A stretch of 64,000 bases of DNA from Acidobacteriota bacterium (GCA_963663035.1 OY760074.1:3200001-3264000); one strand, 5' to 3'; positions 38,325 to 48,630 are shown, numbered from the stretch's first letter. The notes: generated by a model from the sequence alone, not told the origin. Program-made: numbers and translations.

Positions 38325-39368
38325 TCAACCGTACGGTTTGCTTCTGAAGTGATCAAACCCTCCCGATTCACAGCTTTCTCGTTCGTTCCCTCGCTTGAGG
38401 TACACACCAGGCTCCCCATGGGAGAGGCGGCCGATAACCCGGAAGGGCGGAAACTCGCTTGGGAAGTTTGAACTCAGCCGCTCCATTTGTTTCTTTGAAG
38501 CTGTAAAGAGCAAGGCGTAGTCTTCTCCGCCATTCAGTGCTGCTTCCAGTCTGTTGACCTCACCAATGCTTCCTTCGGGTAAAGGCAATTGGTCCAGATC
38601 AATTTCTGCCGTCAATTGGCTTTGCTGGACAATCTGAAGCAGGTCAGAAGAGAGTCCGTCGCTGATGTCAATCATGGCATTGGCCACTCGATTTTCGGAC
38701 AACCAGCTACCAACTTGAACCAGGGCTTGGGGTAAGAAATGGGCTTTGAGACAGCGATATCGAAAGTCCTCTCCTGCCCACTGGGCCAGAGAATCTTCGT
38801 TGTCTACCTTCCAGAGCTCAGAGGAACCTTCCCTGCGGAGGATCTCAAGGCCCAGTCGAGAAAGCCCGATTTCTCCTATTAATACCAGTGCGTCCCCATC
38901 CTGTGCCTTGGAACGCCAAACGGGACGACCGGTTTCGAAGAAGCCCCAGGTCGTCACGCTTACAAAGATGCTGGCACTTTGCGACAGATCTCCTCCGATC
39001 AGTGGGGTATTCCATCGAGTTCCCTCCTCCAGGAGTCCCTTCATGAAGGAGTGAAAGTAGCTTTGGGGGAGGTCTGCAGGTAAAGCCAAACCCAGCAGGC
39101 AGGCGTAAGGTCGAGCACCTACGGCAGCCAAATCACTGAGATTCACCAACAGAGACTTTCGGCCCAGGAAATAGGGACTGATCCAGTGGCGCCGGAAGTG
39201 TACGTCTTCCAAGAGCATATCTGTGGTGATGGCCAGGTTGGATTTGGGAGGGGGATCAAAGACAGCACAATCATCTCCAATGTGTTTAATCATCGACGAG
39301 GGAAAACTTTGAGAACGGTCCCGAAGCCAATCAGTCAGGTCCCTCTCACAAAGTTTGCTCATCTTCAT
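38325..39368 (-). CDS. thiL: Thiamine-monophosphate kinase
   Basis: IGDDCA, TTDML.E.VHF, NLSDLAA.GA.P, GGD, MIDISDGL, GGEDY.L. Confidence 0.95.
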   Translation of the reverse strand: MKMSKLCERDLTDWLRDRSQSFPSSMIKHIGDDCAVFDPPPKSNLAITTDMLLEDVHFRRHWISPYFLGRKSLLVNLSDLAAVGARPYACLLGLALPADLPQSYFHSFMKGLLEEGTRWNTPLIGGDLSQSASIFVSVTTWGFFETGRPVWRSKAQDGDALVLIGEIGLSRLGLEILRREGSSELWKVDNEDSLAQWAGEDFRYRCLKAHFLPQALVQVGSWLSENRVANAMIDISDGLSSDLLQIVQQSQLTAEIDLDQLPLPEGSIGEVNRLEAALNGGEDYALLFTASKKQMERLSSNFPSEFPPFRVIGRLSHGEPGVYLKRGNERESCESGGFDHFRSKPYG

Positions 39369-39414
39369 TGGATCGCCTAGTTATCAAGGGTTGCTTTATG
39401 GAAAAACGGGGCAC

Positions 39415-39864
39415 TTACTCAAGAAGTGGGTTGATCTCCTGTATAAACTCTCTCAAGTCTTCGAATTCAAGATACACTGAAGCAAACCGCACGTAGGCGA
39501 CCTTGTCAGCCTCCTTAAGACGCTTCAAGACATAGTCACCAATCACCTTTGAGGTGAGTTCGCGATCCGGCGTTTCCAGAAAACGCTGCTCCACCACATC
39601 CGCGATTTCTTCCAGGTGACGGGTAGGCACTGGTCTCTTTTCGCAGGCTCTCAGGAGTCCTTGACTCAGCTTCGAGCGGTCAAATCTCTCCCGTCTTCCT
39701 CCCTTCTTGACCACCATGTAGGGGATGTCTTCCATTCTTTCGTAGGTGGTGAAACGGCGCTTGCAGTCCAGACATTCCCGTCGCCGGCGAATCACATTGC
39801 CTTCTTTACCTTCTCGGGAATCGACTACTCGATCCTTGCGATGATTACAAAATGGACAGCGCAT
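39415..39864 (-). CDS. nrdR: Transcriptional repressor NrdR
   Basis: MRCPFC...VVDSR...RRRREC..C..RFTTYE, ATP cone, VAYVRFASVY. Confidence 0.97.
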   Translation of the reverse strand: MRCPFCNHRKDRVVDSREGKEGNVIRRRRECLDCKRRFTTYERMEDIPYMVVKKGGRRERFDRSKLSQGLLRACEKRPVPTRHLEEIADVVEQRFLETPDRELTSKVIGDYVLKRLKEADKVAYVRFASVYLEFEDLREFIQEINPLLE

Positions 39865-39942
39865 GACAGATAGATATCATTTGAACTGTCAATGATGCTA
39901 TAAGATTCAGCGCGAATCGGAAAACTTTTTAATCCAGGAGTA

Positions 39943-40542
39943 GTGTTTGTGAGTGAAGGAAAGGCCGAACTACTCATCGCTTGTGCCTTAAAAAAAGAGT
40001 TAACCGCCCTACGCGGACGCCTTCAGGTCGATTGTCGGTTCTTGGTCACGGGTTTGGGCGCCCGTCGGACCAGGACAAACCTGGAAAAAAGTTTCCAATC
40101 GAATCTTCCTTCCCTTCTTATCTTTACTGGTACTGCCGGACAGCTGGATCCTTCCCTGAGAATTGGGCAGGTGATTTTCCCTGAAGAATGGTGTCTGAAG
40201 GATGGCTCCTGCTTCCCAGCGGATCCAGAGTTGACAGCCATGCTAAGAGGGTCTGGTGGCTGGGAAATTGCCGGGCGCGGACTCACTGTCTCCACTGCTG
40301 TCTTGCGAGCCAGATCGAGATTGGTACTTTATCGGAAGTCCGGGGCACGAATCTGTGACATGGAAAGTGCTGTTGCTCTGGAGGTTGCCTCCAGACACAA
40401 GGTTCCCTGTTTAGCTCCCAAGGTTGTTTCCGACACAGCCCAGTCAGGTATTGGTGCCTTCTGGAGGGAGTTTGATAGCAACATGGAGCAGCTGGCACAG
40501 TACCTGAACAAACTGGTGGGTTCACTAAAGCCGGAATTATGA
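39943..40542 (+). CDS. Nucleoside phosphorylase-like protein (PNP_UDP_1 / HpnG-like)
   Basis: ACAL..E, TGLG, GTAGQL, CDMES, VVSD. Confidence 0.75.
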   Translation: MFVSEGKAELLIACALKKELTALRGRLQVDCRFLVTGLGARRTRTNLEKSFQSNLPSLLIFTGTAGQLDPSLRIGQVIFPEEWCLKDGSCFPADPELTAMLRGSGGWEIAGRGLTVSTAVLRARSRLVLYRKSGARICDMESAVALEVASRHKVPCLAPKVVSDTAQSGIGAFWREFDSNMEQLAQYLNKLVGSLKPEL

Positions 40543-40721
40543 ATAGGTTTTCGTGACGAAGTGCCGTAGGCGCCGGGATGACAAGGCGTGCGAGGGGTAC
40601 CCGCTTGCGGGTCGGGCGCCGCAGGCGTACTCATGCAGTACGCCGAGGAGCCCAAGGAAGCACAACGCAGTCAGCGTGGATGATTGCGGCACTGCAGTAG
40701 AAAACTTATGCATAATCCCGG
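40531..40721. mobile_element. MITE family A, copy 3 (reverse orientation)
   Basis: TIRs CCGGAATTATGAATA / TATGCATAATCCCGG, between convergent genes. Confidence 0.85.
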
Positions 40722-41486
40722 CTAGGTGCTTAAGAAGAGGAAGTATTCTTGATTTCCTTTTCGCCCTTCCAGCGGAGAGGCCATTTCACCGAGAATGCTC
40801 AGCTCTTCACTGACAGCAAAGCGTTTCACCCGCTGCAGGATCTGCTCCTGGAGTTGTGTACTATTGATAATTCCTCCCGCCCCCACCTCCTCTCGACGAG
40901 CTTCAAATTGAGGCTTCACCAGAGCGATGACGTTGGTCCCAGGGAACTGCTTCAGACGGGGAAAGATCAGACGCAGAGAGATGAAGGCCAGGTCGACGGT
41001 AATCAGCTCAACCGGATCATCTACCATTGACCGGGTGAGATGACGAACGTTGAAGGAATCGCGAACCACCACTCGGGTATCCTGTTGCAGATTCCAGTGA
41101 AGTTGTCCACGACCCACGTCAAAAGCATAGACTTTCGCGGCCCCCTGTTGGAGCAGGCAGTCAGTAAATCCACCGGTTGAAGCACCCAGATCGAGACAGA
41201 CCTTCCCGTTGACCCGAACAGCGAATTGGCCCAGGGCAGCTTCCAGTTTGAAACCTGCTCGGGAGACATACTTTCGGTTTGCGAAGGTGCTCCGGATTGC
41301 AGCAGTGGAGTCGATGAGAGTTCCTGGTTTGTCGACTCGTTGCTCTTCTACCAGAATCACTCCACTCAAGATGATTGCAGCTGCACTCTTGCGATTCTCA
41401 GCCAGACCTCTCTCCACCAGAAGAGCATCAAGCCTACTCCTGGTTTTATGCTTTCTTCTGCTGTCGTGTTTTCGTTCTGTTGTCAG
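40722..41486 (-). CDS. tlyA: TlyA-family rRNA methyltransferase
   Basis: S4 start RLDALLVERGL, YVSRAG.KL, DLGASTGGFTD, LVKPQFE, GNQEY. The start is uncertain (CTG 41486 or GTG 41417). Confidence 0.92.
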   Translation of the reverse strand: MTTERKHDSRRKHKTRSRLDALLVERGLAENRKSAAAIILSGVILVEEQRVDKPGTLIDSTAAIRSTFANRKYVSRAGFKLEAALGQFAVRVNGKVCLDLGASTGGFTDCLLQQGAAKVYAFDVGRGQLHWNLQQDTRVVVRDSFNVRHLTRSMVDDPVELITVDLAFISLRLIFPRLKQFPGTNVIALVKPQFEARREEVGAGGIINSTQLQEQILQRVKRFAVSEELSILGEMASPLEGRKGNQEYFLFLST

Positions 41487-41526
41487 CTGCCTGAAGTCTC
41501 TTTGTCAGGTGTCAGTTGTCAGTTGT

Positions 41527-42453
41527 TTAGAATCTTCGCACCGAGATAAGTTGACCGAGTTCTCTCAGAATTTCACCCCGAGGACCCAGAAACTCCAGTT
41601 CCTGGATGGCTGCTTCCACCAGCTCGATCGCAAGTTTCCGACTGGCCTCGAGACCGTACAAGGCAGGATAGGTGGCTTTTCCATTCAGATGGTCTTTGCC
41701 CGGGGTCTTTCCCGATTCCTGGGTAGAGCTGTCCACATCCAAAATGTCGTCCACAATCTGAAAAGCCAGGCCAATCTTGTGGCCAAAGGCCCGGAGTTTT
41801 TCCGAAGCCTCCTCTGAAGCCCCCGACAGTAGAGCGGCGCAGTACACTGAAGCCAGGATCAAAGCACCGGTCTTGGCCGAGTGAATCTGCTCCAGCTGTT
41901 GGGCGGAGAACGGTTTGCCTTGCTGCACCAGGTCCATCACCTGTCCGGCCAACATCCCTCCTTGGGTGCCGGTTGCTCGACAAAGCTGGTCCAGCACAAG
42001 TACTTTGGCCTCGGTCTCTTCCGATTGAACTGGGAGTTCCGTTAGCAGTTGGAAAGCTCTGACCAGGAGCGCATTTCCCGCCAAAATAGCGATTCCTTCT
42101 CCAAACTTCCTGTGTGTACTCAGTTGGCCTCTTCGGTAATCATCGTCATCCATAGCAGGAAGGTCGTCATGGATGAGTGAGTAGGTATGGATCATCTCCA
42201 GCGCAGCAGCCAGATGGATCAATTTCTGAAAATCCCCCCCCAGAGCGTCTCCTGTGGCCAGGGCGAGAATGGGCCGAATCCTCTTTCCGGAAGAAAAGAC
42301 ACTGTAACGCATTGCTTCGTGAATCACTTCCGGATGGGAGTGGGCAGGGGGTAAGAAACTGTCCAGGTATTGGTCCAGGGTCAGCTTTTGTTCCTTGAGG
42401 TAATCCTGGATGCTAAAGTCGCTTTTCAGACCGGTTGTGGTCTCTCTCTTCAA
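41527..42453 (-). CDS. ispA: Farnesyl/geranylgeranyl diphosphate synthase
   Basis: GKRIRP, SLIHDDLPAMDDDDYRRG, GQ..D, KTGAL, FQIVDDILD, GKD...KATY. Confidence 0.93.
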   Translation of the reverse strand: MKRETTTGLKSDFSIQDYLKEQKLTLDQYLDSFLPPAHSHPEVIHEAMRYSVFSSGKRIRPILALATGDALGGDFQKLIHLAAALEMIHTYSLIHDDLPAMDDDDYRRGQLSTHRKFGEGIAILAGNALLVRAFQLLTELPVQSEETEAKVLVLDQLCRATGTQGGMLAGQVMDLVQQGKPFSAQQLEQIHSAKTGALILASVYCAALLSGASEEASEKLRAFGHKIGLAFQIVDDILDVDSSTQESGKTPGKDHLNGKATYPALYGLEASRKLAIELVEAAIQELEFLGPRGEILRELGQLISVRRF

Positions 42454-42698
42454 CCTTTTGACTCTCCCTCAGGCTGGAAGGTCTCTTCAGTGACATCTCC
42501 TTTTTCGTCCTTCAACAAGATCTCTACCTTGCGCTCTGCCTCATCCAGTTTGGTATTGCAAAATCGGGAGATTTTAATACCTTCCTCAAAAAGTTTGAGG
42601 GCCTTCTCGAGTGCGAGTTCCCCTTTTTCCAGCTTCTCCACGATGCCTTCAAGGCGGGCTAAGGCATCTTCGAAGTCCTTATACGCCGTGGTCGTCAT
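42450..42698 (-). CDS. xseB: Exodeoxyribonuclease VII small subunit
   Basis: FEDALARLEGIV..LE.G...LE.AL..FEEG. Confidence 0.95.
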   Translation of the reverse strand: MTTTAYKDFEDALARLEGIVEKLEKGELALEKALKLFEEGIKISRFCNTKLDEAERKVEILLKDEKGDVTEETFQPEGESKG

Positions 42699-43972
42699 AA
42701 CTTTTGCGCTCGGAAGTCGCCGTGTTGCACACGAACGCCAACCTCGTCCCCTTCCTTTAGCTGATCAGGGTCACGGACCACCTCTGTGCTTGTCGTGGTA
42801 ACGATAGCATAGCCTCGTTCCAGAACCGCCAGTGGAGAGTACGCCTGAAGCTGGCCACTACTGGCTGTGAGTAAATGTTTCTTGGACTGCAGATAAAACT
42901 GAATTTGTTGCCGCAACAGCTGGTCCTGTTGAAGGCATCTTTGGCGAAGCAAGATAAAGAGCGTGGGAATGGTCTTGACCAAGCGGGAGTGAAGTTCATC
43001 GAGACGTTGTAAGAAAAATCTCAATTTGCTTTCAGCGTCCACAAAGGCACGGCTGGTAGCCAATCGGCGAAGCCGTTCACGCCTGTCCTTGAGGCCGAGA
43101 CGAAAGGCTTGGATCGACCGTTTCTGGAGACCTTCCACGCGCGTGCACAAATCTTCCCGCGCTGCGGAGACAATCTCGGCGGCCGCCGATGGTGTCGGTG
43201 CCCTGAGGTCGGCAACGAAATCAGTAATGGTGAAATCAGTCTGGTGTCCCACAGCCGAGATGACAGGAATGCGGCAGTCAAAGACCGCCCGAGCCAGGAC
43301 CTCTTCGTTGAATGCCCACAGGTCCTCCAAAGATCCACCGCCCCGAGTCACAATGATCACATCAATATCCTCTCTCGTGTCCAAGTACTGGATTCCCCGT
43401 GCCACTTCCTGGGCAGCTCCCTTTCCCTGGACCTTTGTCGGAAAGATCAAGATATTGACTCGGTCATTGCGTCGCGAAAGCACTCTTAGTACGTCCTGAA
43501 GCGCGGCTCCGGTGGATGAAGTTACCACCCCGATTTTGGCGGGCAAGAGTGGGAGAACTTTCTTATGGGCCTCGTCGAACAGACCTTCGGTCTGAAGCTT
43601 GGATTTCAATTGCTCAAAGGCCAGTTGTAGAGCTCCAGGACCCACCGGTTCCAAAAACTCCACCACCAGCTGGAACTCACCGCGGGGAGGATAAACAGAG
43701 ACAGAACCGCGGGCAAGGACATCCAGGCCGTCCTGGGGACGGAACTTCAAGAGGCGGTTTTGCATTCTAAAGCAAACCGCTCTGACTTGAGCAGAGCTGT
43801 CTTTGAGTGTGAAATAACTGTGTCCGGAGGAAGGGGTCTTGAAGTTGGAAATTTCTCCCCGAACCCACAGGTCTTGAAAGTTGGTTTCCAGTTGAAGCTT
43901 GACACCTTCGACAAGCTGGGAGACTGAAAGTATTTTCCTTTCCTCCAGCAGGTTGAGCTCTTGTTGTCGCAT
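42695..43972 (-). CDS. xseA: Exodeoxyribonuclease VII large subunit
   Basis: WVRGEISN, SGH.YFTLKD, RGGGSLEDLWAFN, SAVGH.TD, RAPTPSAAAE. Confidence 0.96.
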   Translation of the reverse strand: MRQQELNLLEERKILSVSQLVEGVKLQLETNFQDLWVRGEISNFKTPSSGHSYFTLKDSSAQVRAVCFRMQNRLLKFRPQDGLDVLARGSVSVYPPRGEFQLVVEFLEPVGPGALQLAFEQLKSKLQTEGLFDEAHKKVLPLLPAKIGVVTSSTGAALQDVLRVLSRRNDRVNILIFPTKVQGKGAAQEVARGIQYLDTREDIDVIIVTRGGGSLEDLWAFNEEVLARAVFDCRIPVISAVGHQTDFTITDFVADLRAPTPSAAAEIVSAAREDLCTRVEGLQKRSIQAFRLGLKDRRERLRRLATSRAFVDAESKLRFFLQRLDELHSRLVKTIPTLFILLRQRCLQQDQLLRQQIQFYLQSKKHLLTASSGQLQAYSPLAVLERGYAIVTTTSTEVVRDPDQLKEGDEVGVRVQHGDFRAQKL

Positions 43973-44137
43973 GGGTGTCTTCGAAGTCTTTGAAAGCTTT
44001 CCCTGACCGTCAGTTGCGAGCGATCAAAATGAGTGGGAAAAAGTATATAGTCCCCGCCCCTACCTGTCAAAGCGAGTGGGCCGGCTGCGCTGGGAGGGTT
44101 GTTCCTTAGGGTTCTTTTCCTCTATCATGATGAGGAG

Positions 44138-44995
44138 ATGGCTTGGTTTAAGAAGGAAAAACCTCCCCTTCAGACTCCTGTGGAGAAAGAGGGACGAGTC
44201 CGGACTGAGGGGCTTTTCACCAAGTGCCCGGCTTGCGAAAACTTTATTTGGAAAAAGGAACTGACAAGCAATCTTTTTGTCTGTCCGAAATGTTCCCATC
44301 ACTCCAAGATCAACGCCCGCCAACGTTTGAAGTACCTGATGGATGACGGTCGGTACAAGGAATTCGATGCCCACCTGAAGTCCTCCGATCCACTTCAGTT
44401 TGTCGACAGGAAGAACTACAGAGAGCGTCTGGAAAAGGCCATTCAGTCGACGGGAAGCAATGAAGCAGTGGTGAATGCCGAAGGCAGCATCCACGGTCAC
44501 GAGGTGGTGTGCGCAGCCATGGAATACAGCTTTATTGGGGGTAGTATGGGCTCCGTGGTGGGTGAAAAGATCACCAGAGCCGTTGAACGGTCCCTCAATA
44601 CCAAAAAGCCCTTGATCGTTGTTTCCGCAAGCGGTGGAGCACGCATGATGGAGGGGGTTCTTTCACTGATGCAAATGGCCAAGATCAGTAGTGCCCTCGC
44701 TCGACTGGACGAGAAGCGAATTCCCTTTATCTCCTTGCTGACAGATCCAACCACGGGAGGAGTTACCGCCAGCTTTGCCATGTTGGGGGATCTGAACATC
44801 GCAGAGCCTAAGGCCCTGATTGGATTCGCCGGTCCGCGGGTTATCGAACAAACCATCCGCCAGAAGCTGCCCGATGGCTTCCAGCGAAGCGAGTTCCTGC
44901 TGGAGCATGGGATGCTGGATGCCGTGCTCTCACGACAAGATCTTCGCGACTTCATTGCCGACTGGCTGCTCTTTATGGGCAAAGCTAGTACCTGA
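44138..44995 (+). CDS. accD: Acetyl-CoA carboxylase carboxyltransferase beta subunit
   Basis: Zn finger KCPAC..CPKC, FIGGSMGSVVGE, SGGARM.EG, PTTGGV.ASFA; GAGGAG SD. Confidence 0.96.
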   Translation: MAWFKKEKPPLQTPVEKEGRVRTEGLFTKCPACENFIWKKELTSNLFVCPKCSHHSKINARQRLKYLMDDGRYKEFDAHLKSSDPLQFVDRKNYRERLEKAIQSTGSNEAVVNAEGSIHGHEVVCAAMEYSFIGGSMGSVVGEKITRAVERSLNTKKPLIVVSASGGARMMEGVLSLMQMAKISSALARLDEKRIPFISLLTDPTTGGVTASFAMLGDLNIAEPKALIGFAGPRVIEQTIRQKLPDGFQRSEFLLEHGMLDAVLSRQDLRDFIADWLLFMGKAST

Positions 44996-44999
44996 AGGA

Positions 45000-46277
45000 A
45001 TGAATCACGCCCAGTGCCTCGTCTACCTGGAAAAGCTTGGCGACGAGGTGATGACCATGAAGTTCGGATTGCAGACGATCCGAGCACTTCTTGAGGTACT
45101 GGGCAACCCACATTTGAATTACCCCTGTGTTCTCATTGGCGGGACCAATGGGAAGGGTTCAGTGGCCCGTTTCCTCAATTCAGCTTGCGCCGCCTGCGGG
45201 ATTCGCAATGGACTGTATACCTCACCCCATCTCATCCAGGTGGAGGAGCGTTTCGTGGTGGATTACCTTCCCATCACGCCCCAGACATTTGCTCACTATC
45301 TCACCCGCGTCGTCGATGCTATCCACGAATTGAAAAACTCCTTTCACCCCACCTACTTCGAGACTTTAACGGCTGTTGCTTTCCTCTATTTTTCCGAACA
45401 GAAAGTAGAGCTCGCTATTCTGGAGGTGGGAATGGGAGGGCGCCTGGACAGCACAAATGTCGTCGATCCTCTTCTTGCCATCCTGACTCCGGTGGGACTG
45501 GACCACCAAAAAGTTCTGGGTGAGACTTTGGAAGAAGTGGCTTATGAAAAGGCGGGCATTCTGGGGCAGTCACGATCTGCGCTGATGGCTCCTCAGCGGT
45601 CTCAAGTGAGGCGGGTTTTCCAGGGCGAGGCGGCCAGAAAAGAGGTCGAACTTCACGAATTGGATTCCCCGGCAATGCGGTGCGAGGAGTCTGAGGACGG
45701 GAGGTATTCCTTCCACTTCCACGGGATTGAGGGGAAGCTCCCACTGTACGGTCAGCACCAGGTTGAAAACGCGGCTTTGGCCATACAGGCAGTCGAGATC
45801 CTGAGCAAATCCGGTTTTTCCGTCTCCCCCTCCTGTATTGAAAAGGGCATTGAAGAAACGTGTTGGCTGGGAAGAATCCAGGTTTTCGGAAAGGATCCCA
45901 CGGTGGTTTTGGACGGGGCCCACAATCGGGATGCGGCTAGAAACCTGGTGAATTTCCTCAGCCAGCATACTCCAGCTCCTCGCGCACTGGTGTTTGCCAT
46001 GATGAGAGACAAGGACATCGCTATAGTTCTGGAAAGTCTGGCAGGCTGCTTCGAGCGGATCTATCTCACCCGTGTTAACTCGCGGCGCTCGGCCCCCATT
46101 GAGGAGCTCCAGAACTTCTGTCCCTCAGGCCTTCCCGTGGAAGATCCTGTTGTGGCCTACCGTCAGGCCCGCGATTCGGGGGCCGCAACCGTGGTCGCAG
46201 CCGGTTCTCTCTACCTTGTCGGGGAGCTTCTGAAAGAATTTCAAGAGCAGCCTGTGGTTAGCCCGAACTATACATAA
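45000..46277 (+). CDS. folC: Folylpolyglutamate synthase/dihydrofolate synthase
   Basis: GTNGKGS, YTSPHL, TYFE, EVGMGGRLDSTN, LDGAHN, GSLYLVG; follows accD. Confidence 0.95.
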   Translation: MNHAQCLVYLEKLGDEVMTMKFGLQTIRALLEVLGNPHLNYPCVLIGGTNGKGSVARFLNSACAACGIRNGLYTSPHLIQVEERFVVDYLPITPQTFAHYLTRVVDAIHELKNSFHPTYFETLTAVAFLYFSEQKVELAILEVGMGGRLDSTNVVDPLLAILTPVGLDHQKVLGETLEEVAYEKAGILGQSRSALMAPQRSQVRRVFQGEAARKEVELHELDSPAMRCEESEDGRYSFHFHGIEGKLPLYGQHQVENAALAIQAVEILSKSGFSVSPSCIEKGIEETCWLGRIQVFGKDPTVVLDGAHNRDAARNLVNFLSQHTPAPRALVFAMMRDKDIAIVLESLAGCFERIYLTRVNSRRSAPIEELQNFCPSGLPVEDPVVAYRQARDSGAATVVAAGSLYLVGELLKEFQEQPVVSPNYT

Positions 46278-46519
46278 ATTCTCTACTGCAGCGACGAAAT
46301 CATCCGCCCTGCCAGCGTTGCGCGACCCGCACAAGCGGGTACCCCTCGGCCTCCTCAACGTACTCAAGAGTACGTTTGCGGGGGCCGACCCGCAAGCGGG
46401 TATCCCTCGCGCGCCAGTCGGAGCCGCAGGTTTTAGCCTGCGGGCCCGTGGGCTAAAGCCCACGGCTCTGTTTTCGGCGCTTTCGTCGCTTCGTGACAAG
46501 AACCTATGCATAGTCCGGG
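46262..46519. mobile_element. MITE family A, copy 4 (long form with REP pair)
   Basis: TIRs CCCGAACTATACATA / TATGCATAGTCCGGG; nearly collinear with copy 6. Confidence 0.88.
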
Positions 46520-47044
46520 CTAATCAATCTCAAACAGGAGCTCTCCGCCGTTAACAATTTCTCCTTCCTGGACATTGCAGGTCGTAACGGTTCCCGACTT
46601 GGGCGACTTGAGCTCATTTTGCATCTTCATGGCTTCAATGATGACCAGCCCTTGTCCCTCCCTGACCGCCTCGCCCTCACCGGCCAGGACCGTAATGACC
46701 TTTCCCGTCATGGGGGCCGTGAGGGATGCGACTCGTGGTGTTTCAGGTGGGAGTAAACTCCTTGCCAGCTTCTTCCTCAGAGGGGAGACTTGGATGGCAA
46801 AGGTTTGATGGTTCCAATCAATCAGCAGCTCGTCTTTTCGCTCGGACACCAGGACATCTTCGATCTGCCCATTGACTTCCAGCGTCCAACGCTCCTGGCT
46901 GCGACTCAAGACGCGCACCCGTAGGATCTGCTTCCCATCGGGCCTTTGGATCTCTATTTTAAAATGAGATCCAGAATCGGAACTCTCTTGCTTTTCCAGC
47001 TCGATTTGATAAGTCCGATTGCGGTGTCTGGCCTCAATTTTTAC
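46520..47044 (-). CDS. Biotin carboxyl carrier protein of the acyl-CoA carboxylase
   Basis: APMTGKV, IEAMKMQNEL. The frame is open upstream of GTG 46918, but the expected start position reads GTA (47044). Confidence 0.85.
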   Translation of the reverse strand, partial: VKIEARHRNRTYQIELEKQESSDSGSHFKIEIQRPDGKQILRVRVLSRSQERWTLEVNGQIEDVLVSERKDELLIDWNHQTFAIQVSPLRKKLARSLLPPETPRVASLTAPMTGKVITVLAGEGEAVREGQGLVIIEAMKMQNELKSPKSGTVTTCNVQEGEIVNGGELLFEID

Positions 47045-47049
47045 CCTGA

Positions 47050-48468
47050 CTATTGATTTGGCTTGGATCGGTCAAAGCTTCGCTCTCCTCTTGCTCCGAA
47101 CTGCTCGATGTTCTGACTCAGAAGATCTCCTGGATCCAGCACCAGACCATCCTTGATGACCAGGTGAATCTCTTGGGTATTCGTAATGTCCTCCAGAGGA
47201 TCGGCGTCAAGGATGACCATGTCTGCGTATTTTCCGGTCTCGAGGGTGCCGAGGTCGTCTTCTTTGTTCATAACCTTGGCGTTATTGAGGGTCGCCGCCT
47301 GGAGGGCTTCCATCGGCGTGATCCCCGCTTGCACAAACATTTCCATTTCCTGATGCAGGCTCCAACCCGGGAGGGCTGCACCCGGAGAATCGGTTCCCGC
47401 TATCAGGAGCCCACCTGCCTTTTGAAATTGGCGGGTAACATCTTTCATCATGTCGACCGTCTTTCTCCAATTTTCGCGATCTGCAGAATCGAAGGCTCCA
47501 AAGCGGGCGGGTTCGTCTTCAGGGATGTACTGGAGAGCAGGATCCTGGTCGTGTTCTGGAGTATTGCGCAGGACAAAATTCCGTTCAAAGTTCACCAGGG
47601 TGGGAGCGAAATAAACATCATCTTCAACCATCAACTCGATGAGACTGTCCACTTTGCTGGTATCCACTTCGGTATACATTCGGCCGTACCAGAAGCGGAA
47701 TATGTGGTCCCGGTTCCCCGGGTCCTAGTCAGCGGGAACGGTGACCTCTTTTCCCATGGAGTCTTCCAGAACTCCTAGAGCATGTTCAATCCCGTCAAGC
47801 CCTGCCTCTACGGCCAGACGCGCGCCGGGGGCCCTACCGCCCCGCTTTGGACCGGTGTGTCCGTAGACGATCAAGCCGTTGGCATGGGCAACCTCAACAA
47901 TATCGCGGAGTTCGGCGGAGGTGTATCCGGTCACCTTGATGCCGTCAACTCCTGCTTCCGCCAGCATGGTAGTCATTTCCCGGGCGCTGTCCAGATGCAT
48001 CGCCCGCACCGATCCGGGATTGATGCCCATTCCTGAGATAAACAATCTGGGTGCCAGAATATTGCCCACTGCAATCTCCTCGCGCAGGGTCATGAGTCTG
48101 TCAATTGAACCTCCCAGATCCCGAACCGTTGTGACTCCGTTTGCCAGGTAGAGCCGGTGGAGCCAGGGCATGCCATAATGGACGTGAGAATCGATCAAGC
48201 CGGGGATAATGTATTTACCGTGGGCTTGAATGACCTGTGCGCCCGCCGGGATGTTGAGTTCCCCCTGTTTGCCAATTTGCTGGATGCGGCCGTTTTCAAT
48301 CAGGATCGCCGCATTTGCAACAGGTAGTGCTCCTGTCCCGTCAATGAGGGTCCCTCCCTCCACCACCACCACCACCCCACCCGCTGTCTGACCGTAGCCG
48401 GCTGAGCACAAGAAGACGGCTAACAGAAATAAGCTAAAGAATGGTGCGTACTTTGCTTGATCAGGCAT
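47050..48468 (-). pseudogene. Secreted amidohydrolase interrupted by an in-frame TAG (47727-47725)
   Basis: The N half has PGLIDSHVH, GVTTVRD, IKV, GH and IEH. The C half has AGTDS, HQEM, ATLNNA and G.LE.GK.AD. Both halves are in one frame: VPAD*DPGNRDHIFRFWYGRMYTEVD. Confidence 0.8.
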
Positions 48469-48564
48469 TTTTCGATTCCTCCATAGACCCCTGACCCCTG
48501 ACCGCTGACCACAAACAGCAGACCGCGGTCCGGCAAGCTTTTCATTCAACCTGAGGCTCGAAGA

Positions 48565-48588
48565 GAACAATTATTGTTCATGAGTATA
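48565..48588 (-). promoter_or_regulatory. Candidate -10 element plus palindromic operator upstream of the amidohydrolase
   Basis: Minus-strand TATACT (48588-48583) followed by the perfect inverted repeat GAACAAT-T-ATTGTTC (48565-48579). Confidence 0.4.
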
Positions 48589-48630
48589 CCGATCCTTACC
48601 ATCTTGTTGTAGTGGTGGCTGCTGCCCTGC

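Noticed and set aside
47725-47727. Genome-wide TAG reassignment or pyrrolysine system
   Set aside because: TAG terminates many conserved genes at their normal ends here, and no pyl genes or suppressor tRNA are visible. Kept only as a single-site finding.
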